A stretch of 47,242 nucleotides of DNA from Thermoplasmata archaeon (GCA_021828085.1 JAKATE010000001.1:1-47242); one strand, 5' to 3'; counted from the first letter of the stretch, positions 30,601-39,700 are shown. Translations and numbers: made by a program. Notes: generated by a model from the sequence alone, not told the origin.

Positions 30601-30975
30601 GAGCCCAACCTGCGCACGGAGCTCGAGGGGGGCCGGCTGGACCTCATCCTGAACGTCCCGGCCTCCTTCACCCAGGAGAAGTTCGAGCGGATGCTCGAGG
30701 ACGAGTACTTCCTGCGCCGCCGCGCCGTGGAGCTCGCCATCCCGCTCTTCACCAGCGTCGACAGCTTCAGCGCCTACGTGGAGGGGCTGGCCTGGCTGCG
30801 GGAGCACCCGCTCACGGTGGAGCCGCTCTACGGCTCCGACCTCTCCCCGCCGAGCGTCTCCTGGAACTCCCCGAGGAGCGTCCATCTCAGCCGGGCATCC
30901 TCCCGGGCGGCCTCCCACCGGCGTCGCCAGCGGCCGCGGCCCGCCGGGTCCGGCTCCCGCCAGGGGAAGTCGTAG
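27613..30975 (+). CDS. carB: Carbamoyl-phosphate synthase large subunit
   Basis: LGSGALKIGEAGEFDYSG.Q, HTGD, RLSRSSALASKATGYPLA, IDT.AGE, GPYRIGSSVEFDW, NPETVSTDYD, GVHSGDA, MGS-like C-terminus; TTG overlaps the carA stop. Confidence 0.97.
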   Translation: MTRDRRLRRVVVLGSGALKIGEAGEFDYSGSQCLKALGEEDVYAVVVNPNIATLQTDPPRRGRVYFQPVTPEFVEPILESERVDAILLSFGGQTALNCGVTLHRKGVLRRLGVRVLGTPVRGIEDTEDRARFLSLMGQARVPVLKSHPVYSLEEAHRQAKELGYPVISRVAYTLGGKGGGVAHDPEELSRVAERGLRASPAGQILLERYVGSFKQIEYEVVRDRKGNGLTVCNMENVLGMRVHTGDNIVVAPSQTLTDEEYQRLRAAALRAADAAGIVGECNIQFALDPASEEYYAIEINARLSRSSALASKATGYPLAYVAAKLALGYTLPELKNRVTGVTTACFEPALDYVVVKHPRWDLEKFPRARRELGPTMKSVGEVMGVGTTFQEALLKAVRMTEPRHELLAPAEPRERTEILEDLSHPSPSILFHVMEGLAAGLSVETISSSSWIDPWFVDQLAGVQGISRELSSAAGTAPSPELLTRAKRAGFSDRAIARLLRKDEEEVRAARIRAGIVPHTRMIDTLAGEWPSRTNYLYLTYHADHDEVGPSPAGSALVLGAGPYRIGSSVEFDWSTMNLVDGLKAEGVPSVAVLNSNPETVSTDYDRSDRLYFEEITLERVRDVVDKESFSGVVTSVGGQLPQNLTPLLAACGIPILGTSSDSIDSAEDRQRFSALLEKLRIPQPAWRAFTTLEEAERFSAEVGYPVLVRPSYVLSGAAMRVIPGRADLERFLNAAVRLSPEHPVVISKFLEGAFELDLDAVSDGERVLVAGILEHVESAGVHSGDAILVLPPRRTSPEVHRKMVEHSEAMARALRIHGPFNVQFLAVGDEVYVIELNLRASRSLPFVAKGAGVPVLREAARAILGKGLSRSGVAPVPFGRWGVKAPQFSFLQVEGADPLLGVEMQSTGEVACFGPTFPDALVKSLVATGVRFVPRGGEAFLSVGGPVLKERLLPAAALLRRLGFTLKATEDTAAFLESRGVRPVSVLYKLMEPEREPNLRTELEGGRLDLILNVPASFTQEKFERMLEDEYFLRRRAVELAIPLFTSVDSFSAYVEGLAWLREHPLTVEPLYGSDLSPPSVSWNSPRSVHLSRASSRAASHRRRQRPRPAGSGSRQGKS

Positions 30976-31646
30976 CGGACCTCCGCAAGCACCAGCGCCT
31001 CCGGCTCGGCCAGGGGAAGGCTCAGCCGCCGGCGGCCCTCGAGCGACTCGGAGAGCGCCCGGAGCGAGAGCTTCCCCTCGGAGAGGGCCCGGAGCGCGCT
31101 GACCATCTTGCGCACCTGTCCCCAGAGGAAACCCGGGGCCTCCACCTCGAGCACGAGGTCGGGCCCCCGGGTCTGGAGCTCGAAACGGTCGACCCGGCGC
31201 CGCGTGGGCCGGGGGGGCTCGTCCCTCCTTCCGAAGGAGGAGAACTCGTGCTCCCCCCGGAAGAGCTCTGCGCCCTCCCGGTAGGTCTCCAGGGCGTCGG
31301 CCTTCCCGCGGTCGAAGTATCGATAGCGCCGGGACCGCGCGTGGCGGGGGTCGAACCCCGGGGGGGCCGGGGAGTAACCCCGGCAGAAGATCGCCGGATG
31401 GAGGGCGCTCAGGGCGCGGGCCGCCGAGGGGCCCGGGACCCTCGGGACGAAGGAGATCACGTTCCCGAGGGCGTGGACCCCTCGGTCGGTCCGGCTCGCC
31501 ACCTTTAGAGGGGTCGACGGATCGAGCAGCCCGCGCTGCTCGAGCCCCTCGACGAGGGTCCCTTCGACCGTGGGCCTCCCCGGCTGGCGGGCGAAGCCGT
31601 AGAAGCCCTCGCCCAGGTACCCGATCCTGAACGCGAAGGGCTCCAC
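30828..31646 (-). CDS. truA: tRNA pseudouridine(38-40) synthase
   Basis: GY.G..FYGFARQP, ASRTDRGVHA.GN (catalytic Asp), R.YRY, G.HEFSSF, FLWGQVRKMV. Confidence 0.93.
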   Translation of the reverse strand: MEPFAFRIGYLGEGFYGFARQPGRPTVEGTLVEGLEQRGLLDPSTPLKVASRTDRGVHALGNVISFVPRVPGPSAARALSALHPAIFCRGYSPAPPGFDPRHARSRRYRYFDRGKADALETYREGAELFRGEHEFSSFGRRDEPPRPTRRRVDRFELQTRGPDLVLEVEAPGFLWGQVRKMVSALRALSEGKLSLRALSESLEGRRRLSLPLAEPEALVLAEVRYDFPWREPDPAGRGRWRRRWEAAREDARLRWTLLGEFQETLGGERSEP

Positions 31647-31665
31647 GGCCCGGGAGGATCCCCGC

Positions 31666-32358
31666 TCAGAGCGGGAACTTCGTCACGGAATACTCCGGGA
31701 TCAGCGTCGAGGTGTCCTCCACGCCCGGGATCCGGGAAATCTTGTTGATGACGAAGTCAAGGACCGCCCGCTTGCTCGTCCCCGGGACGTTCGCGAAGTC
31801 GAGGACAAGGAAGAGGTCCCAGTCCCCGGCGACCAGGTGCGTCTCCTTCACCTCATCGAAGGCGATGAGCTGGACACGGACCTGCTCGGTCTCCACGGCC
31901 TTGACCTTGAGGTAGGTGAAGGCCCGGAGGTGCCCGAGCTCGGCCGGCAGGACGTTCAGGAGGTTCTGCCAGGTGAAGTTCTCCGCCCCCTCCAGCCGCC
32001 GGCGGGTGTGTTCGACGTCCAGGACGGGGAAGTGCTCCACGCCGCGGAGCGTCCCGTCCATGAGCTGGCGCAGGAGGTTGGTGCGCGCCACATCGACGAT
32101 CTTCACCGCGTAGCCCCGGTGCGGGGCGATCTCCTGGACCAGGGCCACCGCGTGGGCCTGGTCGTCGCTCAGCATGAAGCCGGTCTCAGTGCCGGCAAGG
32201 TCCGGGTTCGCCCCCGCGCTGGGGGCGCCGCCGGAGGGGGCGACGACGGAGCCGCCGGAGGTCGCCTCGGCGCTGACCGGGGAGGCCCGGTAGAAGCTGG
32301 TGACGGTCTTCTTGCTGCGGACGTAGAGCGTGACCTCCCGGTGGGGATGGGGCTGCAT
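31666..32358 (-). CDS. Lrp/AsnC ligand-binding (RAM) domain protein with N-terminal thioredoxin-like domain
   Basis: C-terminal V.ETHLVAGDWDLFL...I.RIPGVEDTSTLI; no HTH; AT-rich AATAATAAT ~27 nt upstream. Confidence 0.75.
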   Translation of the reverse strand: MQPHPHREVTLYVRSKKTVTSFYRASPVSAEATSGGSVVAPSGGAPSAGANPDLAGTETGFMLSDDQAHAVALVQEIAPHRGYAVKIVDVARTNLLRQLMDGTLRGVEHFPVLDVEHTRRRLEGAENFTWQNLLNVLPAELGHLRAFTYLKVKAVETEQVRVQLIAFDEVKETHLVAGDWDLFLVLDFANVPGTSKRAVLDFVINKISRIPGVEDTSTLIPEYSVTKFPL

Positions 32359-32513
32359 GCCAGGGGGAGCGCCGCCCCCCCTACATTATTATTCACCCCG
32401 GGTGGCGAGGCCGGCCCCCGGCCAGGCCGGGGTCGTTCGAACCCCCCCCGGAGGGGCCCTCCCGGAAGACCGGGAGGGAAAGGGTTGGGCTTCCCGACGA
32501 ACGGGTCCGGCCT

Positions 32514-32999
32514 TCAGAAGCGCCGAGGAGAGTCGCGGTCGCGACCGCCCCCGCCGCCGTAGCCGCCGCCCCCGCCACCGCGTCCGTAGCCCCCGCCGCC
32601 GCCTCCGCCGCCCCCGCCACCGAAGTAGCGGCGCTCGGACTGGAACTCCTGGCTGCTCATGTCGAGGGAGGTGTTCACGCTGTCGATGGAGTCGGTGCTC
32701 TTGTTCATGCTGCCGTAGCGTCCCACGTTCAGGCGGATGTGCCCGCGGACGAGGGAGACGTAGCCGTTGTCGATGAGCACGATGTCGTCCTTGGCGATGG
32801 CTCCGATCTGCTCGTTCCACAGGGAGAGGGTGACCACGGCGGTGTCATCCCCGACGACGGCTTCCGCCACCCTTCGGGGGTCCCCGAACTTCCCCATCAC
32901 TTCCTTGGGCTCCCCCACGTTGACGACTTTCGCGAGGACATTCACTTGCTTCGAGCTCGGCGTCAGGTCCTTTACCTTGGTCAATGGCTTGTCGGTCAT
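32514..32999 (-). CDS. ssb: Single-OB-fold single-stranded DNA-binding protein with Gly-rich tail
   Basis: KVKDL.P..K.VN..AKVV, VAEA.VGD.T....LSLWN, I.NGYV...RGH.RLNVGRYG; purine-rich GAAGGAAAG before the ATG at 32999. Confidence 0.9.
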   Translation of the reverse strand: MTDKPLTKVKDLTPSSKQVNVLAKVVNVGEPKEVMGKFGDPRRVAEAVVGDDTAVVTLSLWNEQIGAIAKDDIVLIDNGYVSLVRGHIRLNVGRYGSMNKSTDSIDSVNTSLDMSSQEFQSERRYFGGGGGGGGGGGYGRGGGGGGYGGGGGRDRDSPRRF

Positions 33000-33173
33000 G
33001 GCGTTCTTTCCTTCTTTCGGTTGGTTCGATCCGGCGGGTCCCGCCGCGCTCCCCATGGACGACCCGACACCCAGATTGGTGCGTTTGCGTAGAACAAACA
33101 GACCGCACGGAGGCAGGGGCCGAACGAGGGGCGCTTCGAGATCTTTCGGATCGGACACGTCACAACGGGGGGT

Positions 33174-33181
33174 GTATAAAA
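33174..33181 (-). promoter_or_regulatory. TATA box of ssb (implies a ~150-nt 5' leader)
   Basis: TTTTATAC on the minus strand is the strongest TATA-like element between glnA and ssb. Confidence 0.6.
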
Positions 33182-33251
33182 GCAGGCCCCTGCCCCGTCG
33201 TGGCAGCGCGCGCGAGCCCTCCCCGGGAAGGTCCCTAGGGACCCGGCCCCC

Positions 33252-34739
33252 CTACACGTCGAGGTAGCGGTAGAACTCGTACGGATGGGGCCGAAGGTCC
33301 AGCTGGAGCTGCTCGTCTCGCTTGAGCTCCTCGTAGGTCTCGAGCAGCGACGCCGGAAAGACCGGCCGTAGGAACTCCCCGTCCGAGGCGAGCTCCTCCA
33401 ACGCCTCCCCGAGCGAGCCCGGCAGCTCCCGGATCCCCAGCTCGCGTCGCCGCGCCGGGCTGAGCCGGAAGATGTCCTCGTCGACCGGGTCCCCAGGGTC
33501 GAGCTTCCGCCGGAGACCGTCCAGCCCGGCGAGGGAGAGCGCCGCCTCGGCCAGGTAGGCGTTCGCGGCCGAGTCGGGGGTCCGGTACTCGAGGCGCTTC
33601 GCCCCGGGACGCCCCCGGTGGTAGCACGGGACGCGGACGTTGGCTGAGCGGTTCGCCCGGCTCCACGCGATGTAGACCGGCGCCTCGAAACCGGGGACGA
33701 GCCGGCGGTAGGAGTTGGTGGTGGGGTTGGTGATGGCGCAGAGGGCGCGGGCGTGCGCGAGCAGCCCCCCCGCATAGTAGCGGCCGGTCTGGGAGAGCTC
33801 CGCGTAGCGATCCTCCGGGTCGTAGAAGGCGTTCTCCCGCCCGTGCCAGAGCGATTGGTTCATGTGCAGGCCGAGGCCGTTGTCCCCGAAGACCGGCTTC
33901 GGCATGAAGGAGGCCACCTTGCCGTGCTGGCCGGCCACGTTGCGCACGGTGAAGCGGACGTCCTGGACGTGGTCGGCGGCCGGCACGAGCTCGTCGAAGC
34001 GGATGTTGATCTCCCCCTGCCCGGCGGTCGCCACCTCGTGGTGGTGGGCGTCGAGCCGGATGTGGAAGGAGTCGCTGAGGACGTTGCAGACCTCGGAACG
34101 GAGCCCTTCGAGCGCGTCGGCCGGCGCGCTCCGGTGGTAGCCCTCCTTGAAGCGGATGGCGCCGTGCCCGTCGTTCTCCTGCCAGGGGGCCTCGGCGCTC
34201 TCGAGGGCGTAGCCGGAGCCTCCCCACGCGTCGCGCACGGCGTCCGCCGAGGGGAGCAGGCGCACCCGGTCGAAGACGAAGAACTCCACCTCGGGCCCCC
34301 AGTAGGACCGGTCGAACCCGGCCTCGGCCAGGACGCCCTCCGCCCGTCGCGCGACCCCCCGGGGATCGTGGGCGTAGGCCTGGCCGGAGCTCCCCTCGAG
34401 GATGTCGCAGATGTAGCGCACGGTCCCCCCCAGCGGAGCCCCCCAGGGGATGCTCCCGAAGCTCCGGGGGTCCGGCCGGAGCAGCATGTCCGACTCGAAG
34501 ATCCGGCGGAAGCCCGGGACCGAGGAGCCATCGAGCTTGGGGATGCCCTCCTCGAAGCTCTCACGCTCGAGCGTGGAGGACGGGACGTGCAGATGGTTGA
34601 AGCCGCCCAGGAGGTCCGTGTAGAACAGCTCCACCCAGCGGGCCTGCGAGGACTTGAGCCGCTCGAGGGTCGCCTCGATCGGATCGGCCCTTTCCTCGAT
34701 CTCCACCGCCCCCGTTCCCTGGACCACCGCCCCGGCCAT
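33252..34739 (-). CDS. glnA: Glutamine synthetase type I
   Basis: DGSS..GF..I.ESDM, GPE.EFFVF, HHHEVATAGQ.EI, FMPKP..GDNG.G.H, NSYRRLVPGFEAP, NRSA.VRVP, RLEYR.PD. Confidence 0.97.
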   Translation of the reverse strand: MAGAVVQGTGAVEIEERADPIEATLERLKSSQARWVELFYTDLLGGFNHLHVPSSTLERESFEEGIPKLDGSSVPGFRRIFESDMLLRPDPRSFGSIPWGAPLGGTVRYICDILEGSSGQAYAHDPRGVARRAEGVLAEAGFDRSYWGPEVEFFVFDRVRLLPSADAVRDAWGGSGYALESAEAPWQENDGHGAIRFKEGYHRSAPADALEGLRSEVCNVLSDSFHIRLDAHHHEVATAGQGEINIRFDELVPAADHVQDVRFTVRNVAGQHGKVASFMPKPVFGDNGLGLHMNQSLWHGRENAFYDPEDRYAELSQTGRYYAGGLLAHARALCAITNPTTNSYRRLVPGFEAPVYIAWSRANRSANVRVPCYHRGRPGAKRLEYRTPDSAANAYLAEAALSLAGLDGLRRKLDPGDPVDEDIFRLSPARRRELGIRELPGSLGEALEELASDGEFLRPVFPASLLETYEELKRDEQLQLDLRPHPYEFYRYLDV

Positions 34740-34862
34740 GTGCGCCCCGGCGCGGGAGGAGCTCCCCGGAGGATGAACCCATCGCCCCGGGAAATGGACG
34801 AAAAACCACTCCAGTGGCGAAGGATTGAATACAGGTCCAGATTACCATCAAACCCTGGACAC

Positions 34863-35384
34863 ATGTCCGAGATCGACGGCGTGGATCGGGCGATCCTCGA
34901 GGAGCTCCTGGTCGACGCGCGGCGCAGCTGCCGGGAGATCGCCCGCCGGCGGGGGCTCTCCCCGACGACGGTGGCGAGCCGCCTCGAGAGGATGGAGGAG
35001 GCCGGGATCATCCGGGGCTACCTTCCCGACCTCGACGACGAGCGGCTGGGCTTCGACCTCCACGCGGTGATCGGCATCCGGATCGCCCACGGACGCCTCC
35101 GGGAGCTCGAGGAGAAGCTCGCCCGGGACCCCCACCCGTACGCCATCTATGACCTCACCGGCGAGTACGACGCGCTGGTCATCGCCCGGTTCCGCGACCG
35201 GCGGGACCTGGACCGCTTCGTCAAGCACGCCCTCCAGGACCCGCTGGTGGAGCGGACGAACACCCAGGTGGTGCTCAACCGCGTGAAGGAGGAGCGGCGG
35301 ATCCTGCTGCCGGCGCCCCCCGCCGAGCGCCCGAAGCGGACCGCGCGCCGGGAGAGGTCCGGCGAGGCGCGGCCCGGGGGCTAA
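34863..35384 (+). CDS. Lrp/AsnC-family transcriptional regulator, divergent from glnA
   Basis: D.VDR.IL..L..DAR.S.REIA...GLS..TV..RL.RM...GII.GY HTH; YDLTGEYD ligand domain. Confidence 0.93.
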   Translation: MSEIDGVDRAILEELLVDARRSCREIARRRGLSPTTVASRLERMEEAGIIRGYLPDLDDERLGFDLHAVIGIRIAHGRLRELEEKLARDPHPYAIYDLTGEYDALVIARFRDRRDLDRFVKHALQDPLVERTNTQVVLNRVKEERRILLPAPPAERPKRTARRERSGEARPGG

Positions 35385-36565
35385 CCGCCCCGTCCGGGGG
35401 GCGGTCCGTCCTCGATCCGGGAGTCGAGCCAGGCGTCGACCTCGCGGCGACGTTCCGCGTGCTCCCGGAGGAAGCGCTGCACGCGCGGGACCAGGCGGGA
35501 CTTGCACTCCCCGCAGAGCAACTCGCCGCTCCGGCAGGTCCGGGTGATCTCGGCGAACTCGGCCGGGTCCGGGGCGAAGCGGCTGCGCCAGAGCGCCCAG
35601 ACCGAGCAGACCTCCGGGTTCGCCCCCAGGCGGCGCTGCTCCTCGATGCTCGCGCGCCCGCCGGTGAAGGCGTGGGAGACCTTGCGCTCGACGTCGGCGG
35701 GGGGGTCGGAGAGGAAGATGGCGTTGTCCTGCCGGTCGGCCGACGAGCTCATCTTCTCCTCCCCGAGGAGCCCGGGGAGCATCCGGTTGTGGATGAGGGC
35801 CGGCTTCGGGTAGCCGAGCGGCTCGGCGACGTCGCGCGTGAGGCGGAAGTGCGGGTCCTGGTCGACGCCGCAGGGGATGAGGCAGGGGACCGGGCGCCCG
35901 GCCCGAACGGAGGGAAGGAAGGCCGGGGCCGACTGGACGGAGGTGAAGAAGATGCTGCCGATGTTCGTGTCGTTGCGGAAGCCGAAGACCGCCTTCGTGG
36001 TGGAGAAGGTCACGCGCTTCGCCACCTCCAGGGCGATGGGGTAGAGGCTCCGGATGGAGAGGGTGTCGAAGAGGACGTGGGTCCTCTTCGGGTCGAACCC
36101 CACGGCGAGGAGGTCGAGCAGGTTCTCCCGCCCGAGCCGGTAGGTGTCCTTCAGGCTGAGCTCCGAGCGGCCCGCCCTCCCGGAGAAGAGGAACTTCTCG
36201 TCGTCGGTGAGCTGGACCCAGAGCTCGACACCGAGCTTCCGCTGGAGGTAGGAGCAGAGCTCGAAGGGGATGAGATGGGCGAGGTGGATCTCCCCGGAAG
36301 GTCCCCGGCCGGTGTAGAGGACGAACGGCGTCCCCCGCTCATAGCCGTCCAGAAGGCGCGGGAGGTCGCGGTGGGAGAGGTAGATCCCGCGCTCGAGGAG
36401 GGGATGGAAGGGCTCGCCGAGCAGGCGACGGAGCCGGGAGAGGAGCTCGTCGTCGAGGGGGCTCGTGCCGAAGAGCTCCTGGAGCCTTCCGTAGTCGATC
36501 CTCCCCTCGACCGCCCAGGGGGTGACCTTGAAGGGTTCCTTCTCCGAGGGCGGGACCGGGGTCAT
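35381..36565 (-). CDS. trpS: Tryptophan--tRNA ligase (archaeal/eukaryotic type)
   Basis: VTPW.V.G.IDY, YTGRGPS..IHLAH (HIGH-like), TDDEKF, IPCGVDQDPHFR, KMSSS, AFTGG, CGECK. Confidence 0.96.
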   Translation of the reverse strand: MTPVPPSEKEPFKVTPWAVEGRIDYGRLQELFGTSPLDDELLSRLRRLLGEPFHPLLERGIYLSHRDLPRLLDGYERGTPFVLYTGRGPSGEIHLAHLIPFELCSYLQRKLGVELWVQLTDDEKFLFSGRAGRSELSLKDTYRLGRENLLDLLAVGFDPKRTHVLFDTLSIRSLYPIALEVAKRVTFSTTKAVFGFRNDTNIGSIFFTSVQSAPAFLPSVRAGRPVPCLIPCGVDQDPHFRLTRDVAEPLGYPKPALIHNRMLPGLLGEEKMSSSADRQDNAIFLSDPPADVERKVSHAFTGGRASIEEQRRLGANPEVCSVWALWRSRFAPDPAEFAEITRTCRSGELLCGECKSRLVPRVQRFLREHAERRREVDAWLDSRIEDGPPPGRGG

Positions 36566-36687
36566 CGGGGACTGCGGCCCCCCGGTCGCCGCATCGCGGG
36601 AGGGGAGGCGGCGAGCGGACCCGGGAGGGAGGAAAAGCGTTGCCGTGCGCCCTCGCGCGCGCCCCGGGCCCGCGCGCACCCCCGGGA

Positions 36688-36717
36688 GAACCTCGTTCTA
36701 TAAGAAATCTTATGAAC
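36688..36717. promoter_or_regulatory. AT-rich inverted repeat overlapping the divergent promoter of trpS and the T4SS-like operon
   Basis: GTTC-T-ATAAGA-AA-TCTTAT-GAAC (36695-36717), preceded by GAAC at 36688; ATG of the large surface protein at 36749. Confidence 0.6.
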
Positions 36718-36748
36718 CCCCTCCCCGCTCGCTCCGCTGGAGCCGCCG

Positions 36749-39700
36749 ATGAGGAACCGATGGCTGCGTTGGATCGCCCTGGCCGTGCCGCTCTTGCTGC
36801 TTCCCACCACCCTCCTGCCCCTCGCCTCCCTGGGGCTCGGGACCGCCCTTCCCGGCGCCGGGACGGACCCGGCCGAGCTCGTGCGCGCAGGCACCGACGC
36901 GCCACTCAGCGCGCAGACGGACGTGAACGTGAGCATCGCGCCCCCGTCCTCCGATCTCGAGGCTGGCGCTTCCCTCGCGCTCCAGGCCGAGGTCACGCGC
37001 GTCGACCCCGCGTACAACATCACCATCGAGAGCTACCATTGGAGCCTCAGCAACGCTTCCGGAGGAGCGAGCCTCTCGCCGGCCTACGAGGCCCGCACCA
37101 CACTCTCGACCCTCTCCACGACGCCCGCCTCCAGGCTCCAGGTCGAGCTCACCGTCACCGGCTGGATCGATGACCTCTACTTCACCCCCTTCTCCGACGG
37201 GGCGACGGCCGTCTTCGCCGTCCTGGCCCCGCTGAGCCTCGGGCCGCTCAACGCGACCCCGGATCCCGCCACGCCGCAGGAGGAGGTCCACCTCTCGGTC
37301 CCGATCTCCGGCGGCGCCGCCCCCTACCAGCTCCAATGGTCCTTCGGAGACGGGACCCGGGCGGAGACCACGGCCTCCGGGGCCGGGACGGCGGAGATCT
37401 CGCACCTCTTCGCGGCCGGCACCTTCCTCCCCTCGGTCACGATCACCGACGGGGACGGGCAGAACTCCACGACCAGTTCCTCGAGCTCCGTCGTCGTGGG
37501 GGAGGCGCTCCGGGCGAGCGTCGCCGGGCCGCCCGGAGGGGACGTGGGCGCCCCCCAGGTCTTCCACGCCTCGGTGGCGGGGGGGACCCCGCCGTACTCG
37601 TACCTCTGGACCGACTCGGAGGGCGCCAGCACACCGGGGAACTCGAGCTTCTCCATCGTCCCCGCGCAACCCGGGGTCCTGGGCGTCTCCCTCGAGGTCA
37701 CCGACTCGGCCGGGAACCAGTTCCTGGCCCCCACCTTCGATGTCCAGGTCCGCCCGAGCCCGACCCTTACGCTCCGTTCGTCCCTCCCGGCCGTGGATCT
37801 CGGGGAGGCGCTGCCGGAGCTGATCTCGATCCAGGGGGGAACACCCCCGTACTCTGTCAGCTGGCAGCCCAGCTCGCAGGCGCCAGAGCTGACAGGGACC
37901 TTCGCCGCCCCGGGGAACTACTCCGAGCCGTTCACCCCTTCCAGCCCGGGAGAGGTGACCGCGGTCGCCAACGGGGAGGACGCGGCCGGAGAGGCGTTCG
38001 GGAGCGTCTCGATCGTCGGCCGGGTGTTGCCGGACCCCACCGCCAGCGTGACCGGACCCGCCGGCCCCCTCGTCTCCGGGGAACCCTTCACCCTCGATGC
38101 CCTCCTTTCCGGCGGCGTCGCCCCGTACAGCTGGAGCTGGCAGTTCACCCGGCCGGTCTCCGCGCTGAGCCCGACGGAGGGGTCCTCCACCGCCGCGGGC
38201 CTGGTCTCCTTCCAGGGGGAGAGCCTGGGAACCGGGACCCTCGAGGCGCTCTTCGAGGCCACGGACGCCCAGGGATTCAACTTCTCGGCCACGCTCGGGC
38301 TCAGCGAGGTCCCGCCGCTCTCCGCGAGCTTCCTCCTGCCCCTTCCTCCGGCCGAGCAGGGGGTCCCGCTCCCGCTCTCGCTGGAAGTGACCGGAGGAAC
38401 GCCCCCTTACACGGCGGAGCTCGTGGGCTCGGACGGCTCGAGCGTCTCCGCCTCCCTGCCGGGCCCTGGCTTCTTCCCCCTCCTCTGGACCCCGCGAGGG
38501 GCCGGCCCGGTGGAGCTCCGGACGACCGTCGAGGACACGGCCGGCCGGACGGCCTACGCCAACGCTTCCCTCGTGGTCGCCTCCCCACCCACCCTTTCCC
38601 TCACGCTCCCCCGCGATCCCACGGATGTGGGTCCCTACCCGCTCACCGTCGTGGTCTCGGGCGGCGCCCCTCCCTTCTCCGGCTTCCTCAACGCCTCCTC
38701 CGGCCCGAGCCTCCCGATCTCGGGGTCCGGCCCCTCCTTCCCGCTGGATCTCCTCTGGAGCGCTCCCGGGGAGGTCTACCTCCGTGTCGAACTCACCGAC
38801 GCGCTGGGGGGACGGGCCTACGCGCAGCAGAGCCTCGCGGTCTACCCCCGCCCGACGCCCGCGCTGGTGCTCTCGAGCGACCGGCTGGACGTGGGGGAGC
38901 CCTTCGAGGCCTCGCTCTCGGTGTCCGGGGGCACGGGGAGCTGGCTGAGCTCCCAGGTGAGCTTCGGGGACGGCACTGGGAGCCAGAGCGCCCCCGCCGA
39001 GCACAGCTACTCCGCTCCTGGGAGCTATCTCGTCACGGGTACGGTGGAGGACAGTGCCGGGGCGTGGGCGAACGCGACCCCCGAGACGGTAGAGGTCAAC
39101 GCGGACCCCACCGTCGCTACCGGGCTCCGGCAGCCGGGAGTCGACGCCGGCCTCGCGGCGAGCTTCTCGAGCCAGGTCTCCTTCGGCACGCCCCCGTACA
39201 GCTATCAATGGGGCTTCGGGGATGGCTCCGGGAGCAGCGAGGCCAACCCCACCCACATCTTCAGCTCGCCCGGGCTCTACGAGGTCAGCCTCACCGTCAC
39301 CGACTCGGCCGGGGTGACGGTGGCCGCCCCGACGCTCAACGTCTCGGTGGAGTCACCCCCCCAGCTCTGGATCGGGGCGAACGCCACCTACGAGGAGGTG
39401 GGACAACCGCTCACCCTCTCGGCCCAGCTCATCGGGGGTGCGCTCCCGGAGAGCGTCCTCTGGTCCCTTCCCGGGGGCCGCTCGGCGGGCGGAACCCAGG
39501 TCGGCTGGATCCCCGCCTCCCCCGGCGAGGTCGAAGTGCGCGCCTCCCTGAAGGACGCGGCGGGCGACTACGCCTTCGCCGAGCTCAATCTCACCGTGGC
39601 CCCGGCCCTTTCGCTCGGTCCCGTCCTTCTCCCCTCGCCGGTCCTCGAGTCCGGCCGGAGCTGGGCGCTCCTCGCCAACGTCGCCGGAGGCGCCGGGGGC

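Noticed and set aside
27415..30918. 1167-aa antisense ORF, and the many similar long antisense or alternate-frame ORFs across the window
   Set aside because: Expected from stop-codon scarcity at ~70% GC opposite real genes; no motifs.
32545..32622. (CCG)n-like repeat tract as a microsatellite or array
   Set aside because: It is the poly-Gly coding tail of SSB on the minus strand.
34858..34870. 13-mer GACACATGTCCGA shared with 46545-46557, both at start codons
   Set aside because: Partly constrained by ATG-TCC-GA coding, and repeated 13-mers are expected by chance in 47 kb.
36688..36698. GAAC-CTC-GTTC as a Gram-positive LexA box
   Set aside because: Spacer is 3 nt rather than 4, and the context is archaeal.
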